Assembly (NCBI GenBank): GCA_963706285.1
Contig: CAVPLU010000010.1
Span: forward strand, 1-64,000
Direction: 5' to 3'
Origin: Candidatus Bathyarchaeota archaeon
GTDB lineage: Archaea > Thermoproteota > Bathyarchaeia > 40CM-2-53-6
DNA: 64,000 bases
This document shows, one piece after another, positions 52,651 through 63,554 of the stretch. Numbering within the stretch: position 1 is the first letter of the stretch; each line of letters starts with the position of its first letter. The position numbers and the translations under genes were made by a program. The notes beneath the pieces are model-generated. The model had not been told where the DNA came from and searched no databases. It saw only the letters and a list, made by a program, of their open reading frames with translations.

Positions 52651-54246
52651 TTACCTAGCCAGTTCCACTAGGTCGCTCCAGACTTTAGCGGGCTTCCAGT
52701 TGTAGACGATTGTCTTCAGTCTCGTCATTTCTTCTATGCTGTATCCTATTCCTTCCCTACCGAGTCCAGAGTCTTTGTTTCCGCCGAAAGGATAGTAGCC
52801 GACGCCGTGGCGGGGAGCCGCGTTTATCGTTATCTCTCCTTCTTCAAGTCTCTTTGCGACTTTTCTCGCGAGGTTAAGGTTGAAAGTGAAGACACACGAA
52901 TCCAAGCCATACTTCGACTTGTTCGTCAGGTCAATCGCTTCATCTACATTCTTCACAGACATTATCGGGATTATGGGACCGAATGTTTCTTCCCACATGA
53001 TGTTCGCGTTTGTAGGAACTGGGTAGAGCACCGTTGGATAGTAGTAGTTACCTTCGAACTTCGCTCCTACAAGCGCCTTGGCGCCTTTGTCGATTGCATC
53101 AGTAACGAGGCCATGTACCCTTTCAACGGCGCCTGCGATTGATGAGTGGTCCAACTTTGACTGTGGGGTCGCGTGGGTCGCCAACCTTGTACGTTCCAGC
53201 CTCTTCCACGATCTTCTCAACAAACGTTTCTACAATATTATGCTCAACGAGGACTCGGCTTACTGCGTCACATCTCTGCCCGCTGTAGCTGAGAGCAGCC
53301 TTTCGCGATCTCTTTCACCGCAAGATCAAGGTCAGCGTCTCCGAGAACTATTGCGCATCCTTTCCCGCCCAATTCCATGTGCAGTTTCTTGATGCCTGCA
53401 ACTCGGGCCAGCCTCTTTCCGACTTCGGTGCTTCCCGTGAAACTGATCATGTCAATCTTCTCGCGGCCGGCTAGATACTCGCCGATTGGTCCCCTTCCTG
53501 TCACGACATTGAGTGTGCCCGCCGGAAGTCCAGCTTTTTCCAGAAGTCGAGCGAACATGAGAAAGGAGAGTGGATCTTGACTTGCTGGTTTCACAACGAC
53601 CGAATTTCCCGCGAGAAGTGCCGGGATCACTTTGGTTGAGGTAATGTAGAGTGGATAATTGAAAGGTGAAATCGCTAAGACGACCCCCAGCGGTTCTCTT
53701 AGTACGTCTGCGGAGGTACCTACGGTCTCGTCTGACCAATCGCCTGGGATGTGTTCTCCTCTGATCTTGCTGTAGTCCTCCGGGGTGAGCTTCAGGCGCT
53801 CGGCCGTGGATCTCACTTCACCCTTTGCATTAGCCAATGTCTTGCCTGCTTCCAGCGACAGAATATGGACAAAGGAGTCTTCGTTGTCGAGCAGCAACTC
53901 GCGCGTGCGCAAGGAAGATCTCGATCTTCTCGACTGCGGGGACGGTCCTGATGGCGTTTCTGTGAGTGTCTGATGACTCGACCGCTTGGTCCGCTTCTCG
54001 TTCTGAAGCGTTCGGGATGGTCGCAACTAGACCATTATCGATTGGACTCCGGACTTCGATACGTTGCTCCAGCGAGGTCCATTTTCCATCAACTAGCATT
54101 TTGAATTCCGGACAACCGGACGCCGCAAGTGAGTAGATTGGGTTGAAGATATCTCCGAGTTTGTTCGCTTTCGCAACTTCCGTCGTATGCAATTCCTCAT
54201 CGTACGGACGGTGGGTGGTCGATATAGGTGACTCCCTACAGCACAT
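52651..54246 (-). CDS. gapN: Aldehyde dehydrogenase, archaeal non-phosphorylating GAPN-like (split by frameshifts)
   Basis: IPGDWS...REPLGVVLAISPFNYPL, FTGSTEVG, ELGGK, EETFGP, RHGVGYYPFGG.KDSG.GREG. Confidence 0.8.
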
Positions 54247-54317
54247 GCTCTCAAGGTTGAGCTCGGATCGGAAGTCAGCGACCTCCGAGAATCTTCCTGC
54301 CTCTCCCTGAGAGGTAT

Positions 54318-55244
54318 CTAGGCCTGGTGGTTGCTTCTCGATGATCCTGTCAGATAGACTCCGATGATGACGAGAGCTCCGCCGAGGAGTAGGAAGTATG
54401 TCATCTTCTCCCCGAGGAATAGGTAGGAGAGAATTGCTGTTGGTATTGGTATGGCGTACATTGCGACGAGGAGTTTAGTGATATCGATCTCTTTTATCGC
54501 GCGGTTCCAGAGCATGTAAGCGATCACGGAGCTCGGTATCGCTAGGTAGACGATGCTAAGCCACGTCATCCATGATGAATTCAGAACGAGGTTTGTGCGG
54601 CCTTCAACGAGCGCGAATGGAATCAAGTACAACGTGCCGAGCAGAAACACGCAAGACGTGGCAACGGCGCTGGAGTAACCATGGAGTATTCTCTTGCCGA
54701 GAATAGAATAGGCTGCCCAGCAGAAGGCAGCGGCAACCATAAGCAACACTCCAACTGGCTCAAACAAGTTCAGCGACACCGTTGAAGCGTTTCCTATCGT
54801 TATCACCGTGACTCCAACAAATGCTAGGAGGACACCAGCTGTCTTCCCTCGAGTGAGAGGTTCTCTGAGAAACAATGCAGAAAGTAGCATGGCGAATATG
54901 GCGTGGAGATTGATTATGATAGAGCCCTCTGTAGCTGAGATGAGTTGCAGCGAGTAGAACTGGAAAACGTAGAGAAGCGTGACGCCTGTCAGAGCGAGAG
55001 CTGAGAACTGCACAAAATCGCTGGTCAGAGCGATTCTCATTGCTTCTCTTGAGGATCGAGCGTATACGGTGGGTATGATCAGAATGGGGGCGGCTACTGC
55101 GAATCTTGCTAAAGCCAGCGTTACTGGTGGAATCTCCTCCAACGCTATCCTGATGAAGATGAACGACGCTGACCAGATGAATACGATCGAGCTAACTAGT
55201 GCGAATGAAACGAGGTTTCTGTTGGCCGACGTGTTTCTTCCCAT
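54318..55244 (-). CDS. EamA/DMT family transporter
   Basis: IWSASF...PPVTLALARF, FLREP, FLGEK; about 10 TMs. Confidence 0.9.
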   Translation of the reverse strand: MGRNTSANRNLVSFALVSSIVFIWSASFIFIRIALEEIPPVTLALARFAVAAPILIIPTVYARSSREAMRIALTSDFVQFSALALTGVTLLYVFQFYSLQLISATEGSIIINLHAIFAMLLSALFLREPLTRGKTAGVLLAFVGVTVITIGNASTVSLNLFEPVGVLLMVAAAFCWAAYSILGKRILHGYSSAVATSCVFLLGTLYLIPFALVEGRTNLVLNSSWMTWLSIVYLAIPSSVIAYMLWNRAIKEIDITKLLVAMYAIPIPTAILSYLFLGEKMTYFLLLGGALVIIGVYLTGSSRSNHQA

Positions 55245-55356
55245 TCTTTGCTTACTGTGATCGATGCAAGCGACAAGCAGGCCTCATATTCTATGCGGTA
55301 ATGGTCAGATCCTAGCGTATCAGTGAAAGCTTGTGCTCTGCTCGGGAGTCGCTCGG

Positions 55357-57295
55357 TTACTCTTCGAGTGTCGAGACATCTCCGATTGGGAGGCCTAGTT
55401 CTTTCGCTCTGAGAAGTCGCCTCATGATCTTGCCGCTTCTAGTCTTCGGGAGCGAGTCCACTATGTCGATCTCAGCAGGCACCGCAATTGGGCCGACGGC
55501 TGTTCTCACGTGTTTCTTCATCTCGTCAATTATTGTCGGTGACTTGTGGTATCCGACGCGCAGAATGACGAACGCCTTGATGATTTCGCCTTTGAGTGGG
55601 TCTGGTTTGCCAATGACTGCTGCCTCAGCCACTGCGGGAAAACTGACTAGTGCGCTTTCAACTTCGGCGGTGCCAATTCGGTAGCCTGAGGTTTTGATGA
55701 CGTCGTCTGATCGTCCTTTGACCCAGAAGTATCCATCCTCGTCCTTGCTCGCTATGTCGCCTGCCTGGTACCATCCCTTTATGGTGTTCCAGTAGACTTC
55801 GTATCGAGCTGGATCCTTGTTTATCGTCTTCATCATTGCAGGCCATGGAGTCTTGATCGCTAGATATCCGCCCTTGTTTGGTGGAAGCACATTGCCGTCT
55901 TTGTCGATGATTTCGGCGACTATTCCAGGGAACGGTTTTGCGGCTGAGCCAGCCTTGAGAGGTAGGCAAGGCAGCGGCGTAATCAGGATCATTCCTGTCT
56001 CTGTCTGCCACCATGTATCCATGATCGGGCATCTGTCGTCGGCCGATGTTATTGTGGTACCAGAGCCACGCTTCGGGGTTGATTGGTTCTCCAACTGTTC
56101 CGAGGAGTCTAAGGCTACTCAGGTCGTATTTCTTCGGAATCTCGTCACCACATCTCATCAGTGCGCGTATGCCGGTTGGTGTGCTGTAGAGTATCGTTAC
56201 TTTCTTGTTCTGGACGATCGACCACCATCGTCCGGCGTCAGGCTGATCTGGAGCGCCCTCGTAGAAGACTTCTGTGGCGCCGTTGATGAGGGGTCCGTAC
56301 ACGATATAGCTATGGCCGGTCACCCAGCCAGGATCGGCAGTGCACCAGAACACATCGTTGTCTTTCAGATCGAATATCCATTTCGTAGTAATGTAGAGTC
56401 CGACCATGTATCCGCCGTGGGTGTGGACGACTCCTTTGGGACGTCCGGTGGTTCCTGAAGTGTAAAGGAAGTACAACGGATCGTCTGAAGCCATTCGCTC
56501 GGTCTCACACTTCTCCGATGCTTTATCCATCAATTCGTCCCAGTACAGTGCGGGAGCCGGTGACTTCGTGATAGGCGTGTTAACTCTTCTCACATAGACT
56601 ACGTTCTTGAGGGTTGGAACATCAGTCATTTCGCCGACGATACTCGCAAGAGCGAGAATCTTTCCATGATAATGAGAGCCGTCAGCTGTTACGAGGAGTT
56701 TAGCTTCTGAATCTCTGATTCGCTCCTGAAGAGCACCTGCGCTGAATCCAGAATACACGACGGTGTGGATTGCGCCGATCTTAGCGCATGCAAGCATTGT
56801 CACGAATTGCTCGGGAATCCTGGGCAGGTAGATTGCTACTCTGTCTCCCTTTTTGATGCCTAGGTTCTTGAGAGTGTTTGCGAACTTGCATACGAGCGTG
56901 TTGAGTTCTCCGTAAGTGATGGCTCGATTCTCACCCTTCTCGCCTTCCCATAGAATAGCGACCTTGTTCTTTGTCGGCGTGTTCTGGTGTCTATCCAGTG
57001 CGTTTTGGATGATGTTGCATTGTGCGCCAACAAACCATCTGGCCCACGGATACTTCCATTCTAGGACTTTGTCCCACTTCTTGTACCAGTCTAATTGATT
57101 TGCAATGCCTTCCCAGAATTTCTCGACATCATCGATCGACTCCTTGTAGATAGAGTCGTAATTCTTGATCCACGCCTTCTCGACAATTGACTTCGGCGGA
57201 GGAAAGATTTCCTTTGTTCGAGACAGAGTTTCGACAGCGTCAGGGCCGCTCTCCTTACTCATTGGAACATCTCTTCGGAGTTCGGCTGGGTCCAC
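55357..57295 (-). CDS. acs: AMP-forming acetyl-CoA synthetase (frameshift near 56040)
   Basis: [52 protein letters not shown]. Confidence 0.95.
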
Positions 57296-57400
57296 GGTTA
57301 TGAGATTTTCGGCCTGTAACGATTTGGCAGGAAACTATGATCTAGCTACAATCATGACTGTGACCATAACTCTGCAATTGTGACTCTATGCAGTTGGAAC

Positions 57401-57589
57401 TCACGTTCGAGTCTTTCTTGATTTCAATTCTTTCGTGTCAGGGTTGTACTCCCAAAGCCCATGTTCGACGCACCAATAGTCGCAGACCGCAATGCGCATC
57501 CCGTCAGTTGTTACCTTTGACCTTTCGCGAACAAACGACATGGGAATAGCACAATCTGGGCATTTCACTTCTGGGCGATTAGTCTTCAA
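57401..57589 (-). CDS. Small putative Zn-finger protein
   Basis: CPDC...WCVEH, 62 aa. Confidence 0.5.
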   Translation of the reverse strand: MKTNRPEVKCPDCAIPMSFVRERSKVTTDGMRIAVCDYWCVEHGLWEYNPDTKELKSRKTRT

Positions 57590-57635
57590 TCTTGAAATCC
57601 CGCTTCTTGACCAACGAGCACTTGCCTCTTCACTG

Positions 57636-58742
57636 CTATCTGATTCTTCGTCCGGTTTCTCGTAGGAATGTTATGCCTGGCGTAGAGGCTTCGACTTCTT
57701 TCTGGAAGCGTTTTGATCTTAGGATATCGAAGAACTTACGGGTGTAGGGGTTTCTCAGTCTCTTCTCAACAAGGAAGTCATAGATCTCCTCTGCGAATGG
57801 GATAGAATCCAAGTTCGTTTCAGTGGCGATTGAGGTGAGGCCAACGCCCACATCCGCTCGCCTCGAAGCAACAGCCATGGCGACCTCTCTGTGAGTCATC
57901 ATCTCTGACCCATACCCTCTTATCCGCTTTGTCAGCGCATCAAAATCTATTCTCTTTCTTCTCGCAAGTTCTCGCAGCTTTGTGTCGAGCAAGATTCTGG
58001 TTCCGGATCCGATGTTACGGTTTGCCAATTTTACGTCGCTTCGGAGAAGATCGCTGAGATCGTTGATCTTCTTCGGGTTTCCTTTCTTTACGATGAGGCT
58101 TTGTTGTCTCTTGTAGCCGCGCACTAGGGCGCACGTTTGTGATAGCCAATATTTTGAGAGCAGGGGTTCATTGTATTTTGATTCCGTTTCATCGTAGATG
58201 TGTATCCCTGCTATGTCTGCGTCTCTCAGCATCATTGCGGTCATGCCTCCCCAGGAGCCAACATTGACCATCTGGTAGGTCATTCTCGGGTTTGTCAAGT
58301 GTAGTGAGTGTAGTATCTTCTCGACTACTATGCAGTGACTGCCAACGAAGGATAGGTTTGGACGAACGCGCCCGGTTTCGGGCAGGTATCCTTTCGCGGG
58401 CGTGTCTCCTTCGAGAAAACGGTGCACCTTGGAATCAAGCTCAGTGTAGGCCTGGAGCAGCTGTTTTCCTTGGCTTGTCAGTTCTGCTCGTCCTCCTTTC
58501 TGTCCTCCGCGTTCTCTGGTCACGAGCTTCCGGTTTGTGGCCCGTTCAATTCGAGAGATGGTGTTCCAGAGGAAGGGATAGGATAGGTCGAGCGTACGCG
58601 CGGCGAGCGAGAGGCTTCCTGTTTGATCGATCGATCGTAGCATGCGGACTTCGAGTTCACCAACAATCTTCCGATTCTCGATGCTGAGCCAGACAGCATA
58701 GGTCGGTTCGAGTTTTGGGAATCTCAGTGCATCCTTATTCAT
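57636..58742 (-). CDS. ModE-type wHTH regulator fused to a PBP-like (MoeA C-terminal-type) domain
   Basis: TGSLSLAARTLDLSY...RERGGQKGGRAELT; then GSHC, VGSWGG, AGIH, KGNPKKI, NRNIGSGTR, ADVGVG. Confidence 0.88.
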   Translation of the reverse strand: MNKDALRFPKLEPTYAVWLSIENRKIVGELEVRMLRSIDQTGSLSLAARTLDLSYPFLWNTISRIERATNRKLVTRERGGQKGGRAELTSQGKQLLQAYTELDSKVHRFLEGDTPAKGYLPETGRVRPNLSFVGSHCIVVEKILHSLHLTNPRMTYQMVNVGSWGGMTAMMLRDADIAGIHIYDETESKYNEPLLSKYWLSQTCALVRGYKRQQSLIVKKGNPKKINDLSDLLRSDVKLANRNIGSGTRILLDTKLRELARRKRIDFDALTKRIRGYGSEMMTHREVAMAVASRRADVGVGLTSIATETNLDSIPFAEEIYDFLVEKRLRNPYTRKFFDILRSKRFQKEVEASTPGITFLRETGRRIR

Positions 58743-58760
58743 GCTGACCGCGAACCGAGC

Positions 58761-59475
58761 CTAGAACTGGAGCTCTCCATTAATGAAAAGCTTCGTTCTT
58801 TCGTCGCTCGGGCTCGCAAAGAAACGTGACGGTTCACCCTCCTCGACCACTCGTCCCTTGTAGAGATGAATTACGTGGTGGGAGAGTCTTCGAGCCTGAG
58901 CCAGGTTGTGTGTGCTGAGCAAGACTGCCCTGTCTTGAGCAGAATTCTTGATCGCCCGCTCGATGATCATCGCATTGGCAGGATCTAGATTCGCGGTAGG
59001 TTCATCGACAAGCAGAAGATTCCTATCCAGCGCGAGCGCTCGTGCCATGGCGACTCGTTGCTGTTCGCCACTTGAGAGTTTCCGCGCCTGTTCTTTTCTC
59101 GAAGCCGTCTAGGTTGACGAGTGCAAGTGCGTCTTTGACTTTTGAGGAAACGTCTTGATTGGGCATCCCGTTGATCCTAAGGCCATAGGCAACATTGCTG
59201 AAGACACTGGAGCCGAACATCACACTCTTCTGGAATACCATTGTGGAATTCTTTCTAAGTTGGTTTGAATCGACCTCGTTGCCTCTCATCAATATTCTGC
59301 CAGAATTCGGCGAGTCTAATCCAGCCAAGATCCTGAGCAGGGTAGTCTTGCCGGATCCGTTCACTCCTACGATCGACGTCACATTTCCTTGACGTGCTGA
59401 GATGCTTACGCTGTCTAATGCGCGGATGCTGTCGTATTGTCTAGTGAGGTCGATGGTTTCCACAAAAGGTGTCAT
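58761..59475 (-). CDS. tupC: Tungstate ABC transporter ATPase (frameshift near 59090)
   Basis: GVNGSGKTT, MVFQ, DEPTANLDP, STHNLAQA. Confidence 0.85.
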
Positions 59476-60164
59476 TTCGATGATTTCCTGGCGAGGTTAA
59501 CCACTATGCTCAGCGACATCACTATGGCCAGCAGAATGAAACTTAGAGCGATGCTCAATGCAATATCTCCACGCGCAGTCTCTAGTGATATTGCTGTCGT
59601 CAGAATGCGTGTCAGGTTTCGTATGTTCCCGCCGAGCATCATTGCCACTCCCAGCTCCGCGAATGCTCTGTTGAAGGCGGCTATGATCGCGAGAGTGATT
59701 CCCCAGAATGCTTCTCTCGCTATGACTTGGTATGTCTGAATGTCTGAGGCGCCGAGCGTTCTCGCGAGGGTTCTCAAGTCGGGATCTACTGATTCCAATG
59801 CGCCAGTGGCAAAGCTGACGATGATTGGCGTCACGAGTGCAGACTGGCCGATGATGATGGCGTTTGGAGTGTACAGGAACTGGAAATACCCTAGAGGTCC
59901 GGCCCTTGAAAGTAGCAGGTATAGATACAATCCCAATGCGACGGTGGGAATTCCTATCAAGGCGTTGAATAGTCCCTTGATGATTCGTTTTCCGTGAAAG
60001 CTTCGAAGAGCTAGCGCTACAGCAGCGGGGATGCTCCATGTACACGCGAGGAGTGTTCCCACTATCGAGACGTACAGTGACAATGCAGCTATGCTGAATA
60101 CTTCAGGATCGCCAGTGATTATTAGATTGATAGCGCGGACTATGCCTTCAATGATTGGATCCAA
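59472..60164 (-). CDS. tupB: Tungstate ABC transporter permease
   Basis: PTVALGL..YLLLSRAGPLG, ELGVAMMLGGNI..TRILTTAI.LET. Confidence 0.92.
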   Translation of the reverse strand: MDPIIEGIVRAINLIITGDPEVFSIAALSLYVSIVGTLLACTWSIPAAVALALRSFHGKRIIKGLFNALIGIPTVALGLYLYLLLSRAGPLGYFQFLYTPNAIIIGQSALVTPIIVSFATGALESVDPDLRTLARTLGASDIQTYQVIAREAFWGITLAIIAAFNRAFAELGVAMMLGGNIRNLTRILTTAISLETARGDIALSIALSFILLAIVMSLSIVVNLARKSSK

Positions 60165-61261
60165 GACGACGCTTTCCTCTGCTCAGGTCCCGTTAGGATG
60201 CTTATGACCATGACAAGTACGGGGGTCTGTAGCAGGTAGAGGTCGTCTGCTTGATACCTAAACTGCGGGGGACATTCGGATCCTTCAAGGAACGCATAGT
60301 CGCTTATCCACTGGATCATTTGGGCTGGGTCGTTGCCCAACGGGTCATTCTTAGTCTGGAGTAACTTGAGGTAGGGCCCGAATGCCGGCTTTCCATCCGG
60401 GCTAACGGCGTAGTCTGCGAAGAGCTGTTGGCCCTCGTCTGAGACGAAGTACTTGATGAGCTGCATGGAACCTTGAAAATTCGTCTTCGTCATGTTTGCA
60501 TTTCTAGGGTCGTCTGCAATGGCACTGTACACGTTGAGCATGCTCTTCTGACCATTTCCAGCCATTTCCATCAAGTCGATGTTGTGATTCTTGAAGTTAA
60601 GAAGGTATGACGCTGAATCGCTGAGCGTGTAGCCACGTTTCTCGTTGGCAAGCTTCAGTGTGGCGGTCATACCGCTACCAGCTTCAACATACCATTTCTC
60701 TTGTCGTAGCTGCTTAACATCTAACCCAGCTGCCTTCCAGAGGCTCATCTCTTTCGTGTAGGTGCCTGAATTGTCGCCTCTAGATACCCAAACTACTTTT
60801 CCGTCAAGTCCGGCAGCTCTAATTGCCTTCAACGCGTCCGAAGGAGACTTGCCCTTGATTCCAGCCGGATCCTCTGACGGGCCTACTATCAGGAAGAAGT
60901 TGTATGCAACAATTTTCCGGTTCACTCCATATCCCCCGTTCAAGAAGGGATACTCCTGTGAGGGAGCATGTACAAGGAGCATGTCAGCGTCACCACGCAT
61001 CGCTGTCTGTATTGCCAGTCCGGTTCCTTGGGAGATGAAGGAGACGTTCATGTTGGGATACTTTAGTTCAAATTTGGTCTTCAGAGCATCAAGAAAGCCA
61101 GTCTCGTAGAGGCTGGTGGTTGTGGATACTATTAATCGCATTTTCTCGGGCTTGTTCCAGACGGTGTAGCCGTATATTGCGAGGGCGGCTCCGGCAAGTA
61201 TGACCACGATTATTATCGAAGCCTGAATTCTTGTAAGAGCTGATCGAGATACGAATGTCAT
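60140..61261 (-). CDS. tupA: Tungstate-binding protein
   Basis: STTTSLYETG (TTTS motif), GTG, GDAD.LLVHAP, SRGDNSGT, GSGM. Confidence 0.92.
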   Translation of the reverse strand: MTFVSRSALTRIQASIIIVVILAGAALAIYGYTVWNKPEKMRLIVSTTTSLYETGFLDALKTKFELKYPNMNVSFISQGTGLAIQTAMRGDADMLLVHAPSQEYPFLNGGYGVNRKIVAYNFFLIVGPSEDPAGIKGKSPSDALKAIRAAGLDGKVVWVSRGDNSGTYTKEMSLWKAAGLDVKQLRQEKWYVEAGSGMTATLKLANEKRGYTLSDSASYLLNFKNHNIDLMEMAGNGQKSMLNVYSAIADDPRNANMTKTNFQGSMQLIKYFVSDEGQQLFADYAVSPDGKPAFGPYLKLLQTKNDPLGNDPAQMIQWISDYAFLEGSECPPQFRYQADDLYLLQTPVLVMVISILTGPEQRKASSWIQSLKA

Positions 61262-61268
61262 GCGCGTG

Positions 61269-61292
61269 CAATGTATTCGACCAAATATAACG
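61269..61292. promoter_or_regulatory. ModE-box-like operator overlapping the tupA TATA box
   Basis: CAATGTAT-N8-ATATAACG, resembling CGTTATAT-N8-ATATAACG; on the minus strand GAAAAGCGTTATAT looks like BRE/TATA. Confidence 0.55.
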
Positions 61293-61569
61293 CTTTTCCA
61301 AACCCGTGGGCTCAATCCTTTCCGCTGGACTGACAAAGGCGGACATAGTCACTCGTGCGCCGACCAGCAGAGCAGGAGCGTTCAATCTGTCGTGGCAGCG
61401 TGCCTTCTGTCATCCAGAGAAGGCAAGTTGGTCATTGGGATCGTGGCGGCATGACGGGTTTCGGATCGAGCTTGAAGGCATTCCCTGATCGGAGGGACAC
61501 ATTCAGGATTTTCGGCAACGAGGCGGAACCGTCATTTCTTCTGAACCGGGCAATTGCAGCTATAGAATT

Positions 61570-61626
61570 GAAAGTATATAGGTGAGCGATATTACCGTTC
61601 AGTAATATTACTGGCTGATAATATCG
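61570..61626 (+). promoter_or_regulatory. modA promoter (GAAAG-TATATA) followed by a nested 40-bp palindrome
   Basis: CGATATTA-N5-CAGTAATATTACTG-N5-TAATATCG (61587-61626), concentric, ending 4 bp before the ATG. Confidence 0.65.
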
Positions 61627-61630
61627 AGGG

Positions 61631-62662
61631 ATGAAGCAATCATTGAGACGGACATTGAAACTGTTCGTAGCGATCCTGATTGTGGTGCTTTCTGTCGGCG
61701 GGTACACGGGCTACCTCTATTACACGGGGCTCCAGTCCCAAACCCAAATCGTGGCAACTGTTACTGCGACGCAGACCACAGCAACTGTGAGTGCGACCCA
61801 GACACACCCTCCTCAGAGCCCAACTGAAGTACGCGTTTTTGTAGCGGCGAGCATGAACACAATCGTGACGGAGAACAAAGAACCATTCCAAACAGGCAAC
61901 AACGCTAGACTCCTGTTCAATGCAGGAAGCTCGGACGCCCTCTACGCACAGATAGTTGCAGGATCGCCGGCTGATGTCTTCATGGCTGCTGACTTCAAGT
62001 GGCTGAATCAACTAAAGGCAGGAGGGTTGCTCTACCAAGACAAGTACTGGAACTTCACGACCAACATTCTTGTTGTTATGCTACCCAGTGACAACCCAAA
62101 GAACATTACATCTCTGCTAGACCTCGTCAAGCCGGGTGTGAGGATCGTAATCGCTGGCTGGACCGTTCCTGCAGGAAAATATACCAACACCACGCTGAAC
62201 AAGATAGACAGCACATGGGGAAATCCGACCAGCTCGAAGTACAAAGGAGCGCAGTGGGAGAACTACAAGACCCGATTCATTCAGAACATAATCTCCTATG
62301 AAACCACAGTTGAGCAAGTGGTAGGGAAAGTTGTACTCGGCAATTGTGACGCCGGAGTTGCGTACGTTTCCGACGCGAAAACCTTAGGCGGATCCAAACT
62401 GAAACAGGTCCAGATACCTTCCGAAGTGAACACACTAGGGATCTACGCGATAGGAGCCATCAAAGCCTCAAGCCATCCAGATCTAGCCATGAAATATGTG
62501 AACTTCTGGCTTTCAAACGAAGGCCAAGCCCTGCTGGCAAGATACGGTTTCGGACAAACTCTATCTATGGTATCTTCACCAATCTGGGCGGCTTGGTCGC
62601 CGAAGGCGCTCACTATCAATTGTCACACATCCCCTCCGAGAATGCCGCAGGATCTGGTATAG
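61631..62662 (+). CDS. modA: Molybdate-binding protein
   Basis: FVAASM, AGSSDAL..QI..GSPADVFMAA, VPAGKY, DAGVAYVSD. Confidence 0.9.
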   Translation: MKQSLRRTLKLFVAILIVVLSVGGYTGYLYYTGLQSQTQIVATVTATQTTATVSATQTHPPQSPTEVRVFVAASMNTIVTENKEPFQTGNNARLLFNAGSSDALYAQIVAGSPADVFMAADFKWLNQLKAGGLLYQDKYWNFTTNILVVMLPSDNPKNITSLLDLVKPGVRIVIAGWTVPAGKYTNTTLNKIDSTWGNPTSSKYKGAQWENYKTRFIQNIISYETTVEQVVGKVVLGNCDAGVAYVSDAKTLGGSKLKQVQIPSEVNTLGIYAIGAIKASSHPDLAMKYVNFWLSNEGQALLARYGFGQTLSMVSSPIWAAWSPKALTINCHTSPPRMPQDLV

Positions 62663-62672
62663 GCGCAGAATA

Positions 62673-63554
62673 TTGTCCTGTCGTGAGACATGTATCACAT
62701 TGAGAGGGAACGGACGGGTCAGTTTGAATCCAACAAGGCTGTCCAACCGAAGAGTTTTCCCCGACGGAATGGTCGGAAACCTTCTCTTGGGCTCAATCTC
62801 CCTCGTCTTCATCCTATTCATCCTACTCCCCCTAGCGGCGATATTCGTCAACCTCAGCCCTGATGCCGTGTTTAATGAACTGCATAATCCAAGTGTGCTT
62901 GACGCCATGAAAGTGGGTTTGGCAACATCCTCGCTGGCCACGATCATGTCTTTCGCATTTGGAGTCCCAACCGCCTACTTACTAGCAACAAGAGATTTTC
63001 GCGGGAAATCGCTCGTGGATGCTTTGCTGGACCTCCCGATGGTGCTTCCGCCAGCTGTTGCCGGCTTGGCCCTACTGCTGGCTTTTGCGCCAAGAGGCCT
63101 TCTCGGACCCGCGCTACTGCAACTCGGCATAATCTTGCCCGGTAACGTATTCGCCGTCGTATTGGCTCAGCTCTTCGTGGCATCGCCCTTCATTCTGAGG
63201 TCAGCGAAAACAGCGTTCGAGAATGTTCCGAGAAAGCTGGTGGACAACGCCAGAATACTCACTCCTTCAGGAGTCAGAGTCTTCCTAACGGTCACTCTGC
63301 CCCTTTCCATGTACGGAGTCATGACTGGACTAGTGATGACTTGGGCGAGATCAATGGGCGAGTTTGGGGCAACTCTCATGTTCGCAGGAAACCTGCCCGG
63401 AGTTACTCAGACTATGCCGCTGGCGATATACATGCTAATGGCCCAGGATCCCTTTGCGTCGAATCTGCTCTCAGTCATCCTGGTTGTCATCTCATTCTCT
63501 GTCCTTGCGCTCTTCAAAATATTCGATCGAAAAAGGTACGGTGTGAGATTATGA
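62673..63554 (+). CDS. modB: Molybdate ABC transporter permease (true start probably downstream)
   Basis: DLPMVLPPAVAGLALL, WARSMGEFGATLMFAGNLPG.TQTMPLAIY. Confidence 0.92.
   Translation: MSCRETCITLRGNGRVSLNPTRLSNRRVFPDGMVGNLLLGSISLVFILFILLPLAAIFVNLSPDAVFNELHNPSVLDAMKVGLATSSLATIMSFAFGVPTAYLLATRDFRGKSLVDALLDLPMVLPPAVAGLALLLAFAPRGLLGPALLQLGIILPGNVFAVVLAQLFVASPFILRSAKTAFENVPRKLVDNARILTPSGVRVFLTVTLPLSMYGVMTGLVMTWARSMGEFGATLMFAGNLPGVTQTMPLAIYMLMAQDPFASNLLSVILVVISFSVLALFKIFDRKRYGVRL

Noticed and set aside
61262-61630. Moco/Wco riboswitch
   Set aside because: Both genes appear to have very short leaders after TATA-like boxes, and I could not recognise the RNA motif by eye.
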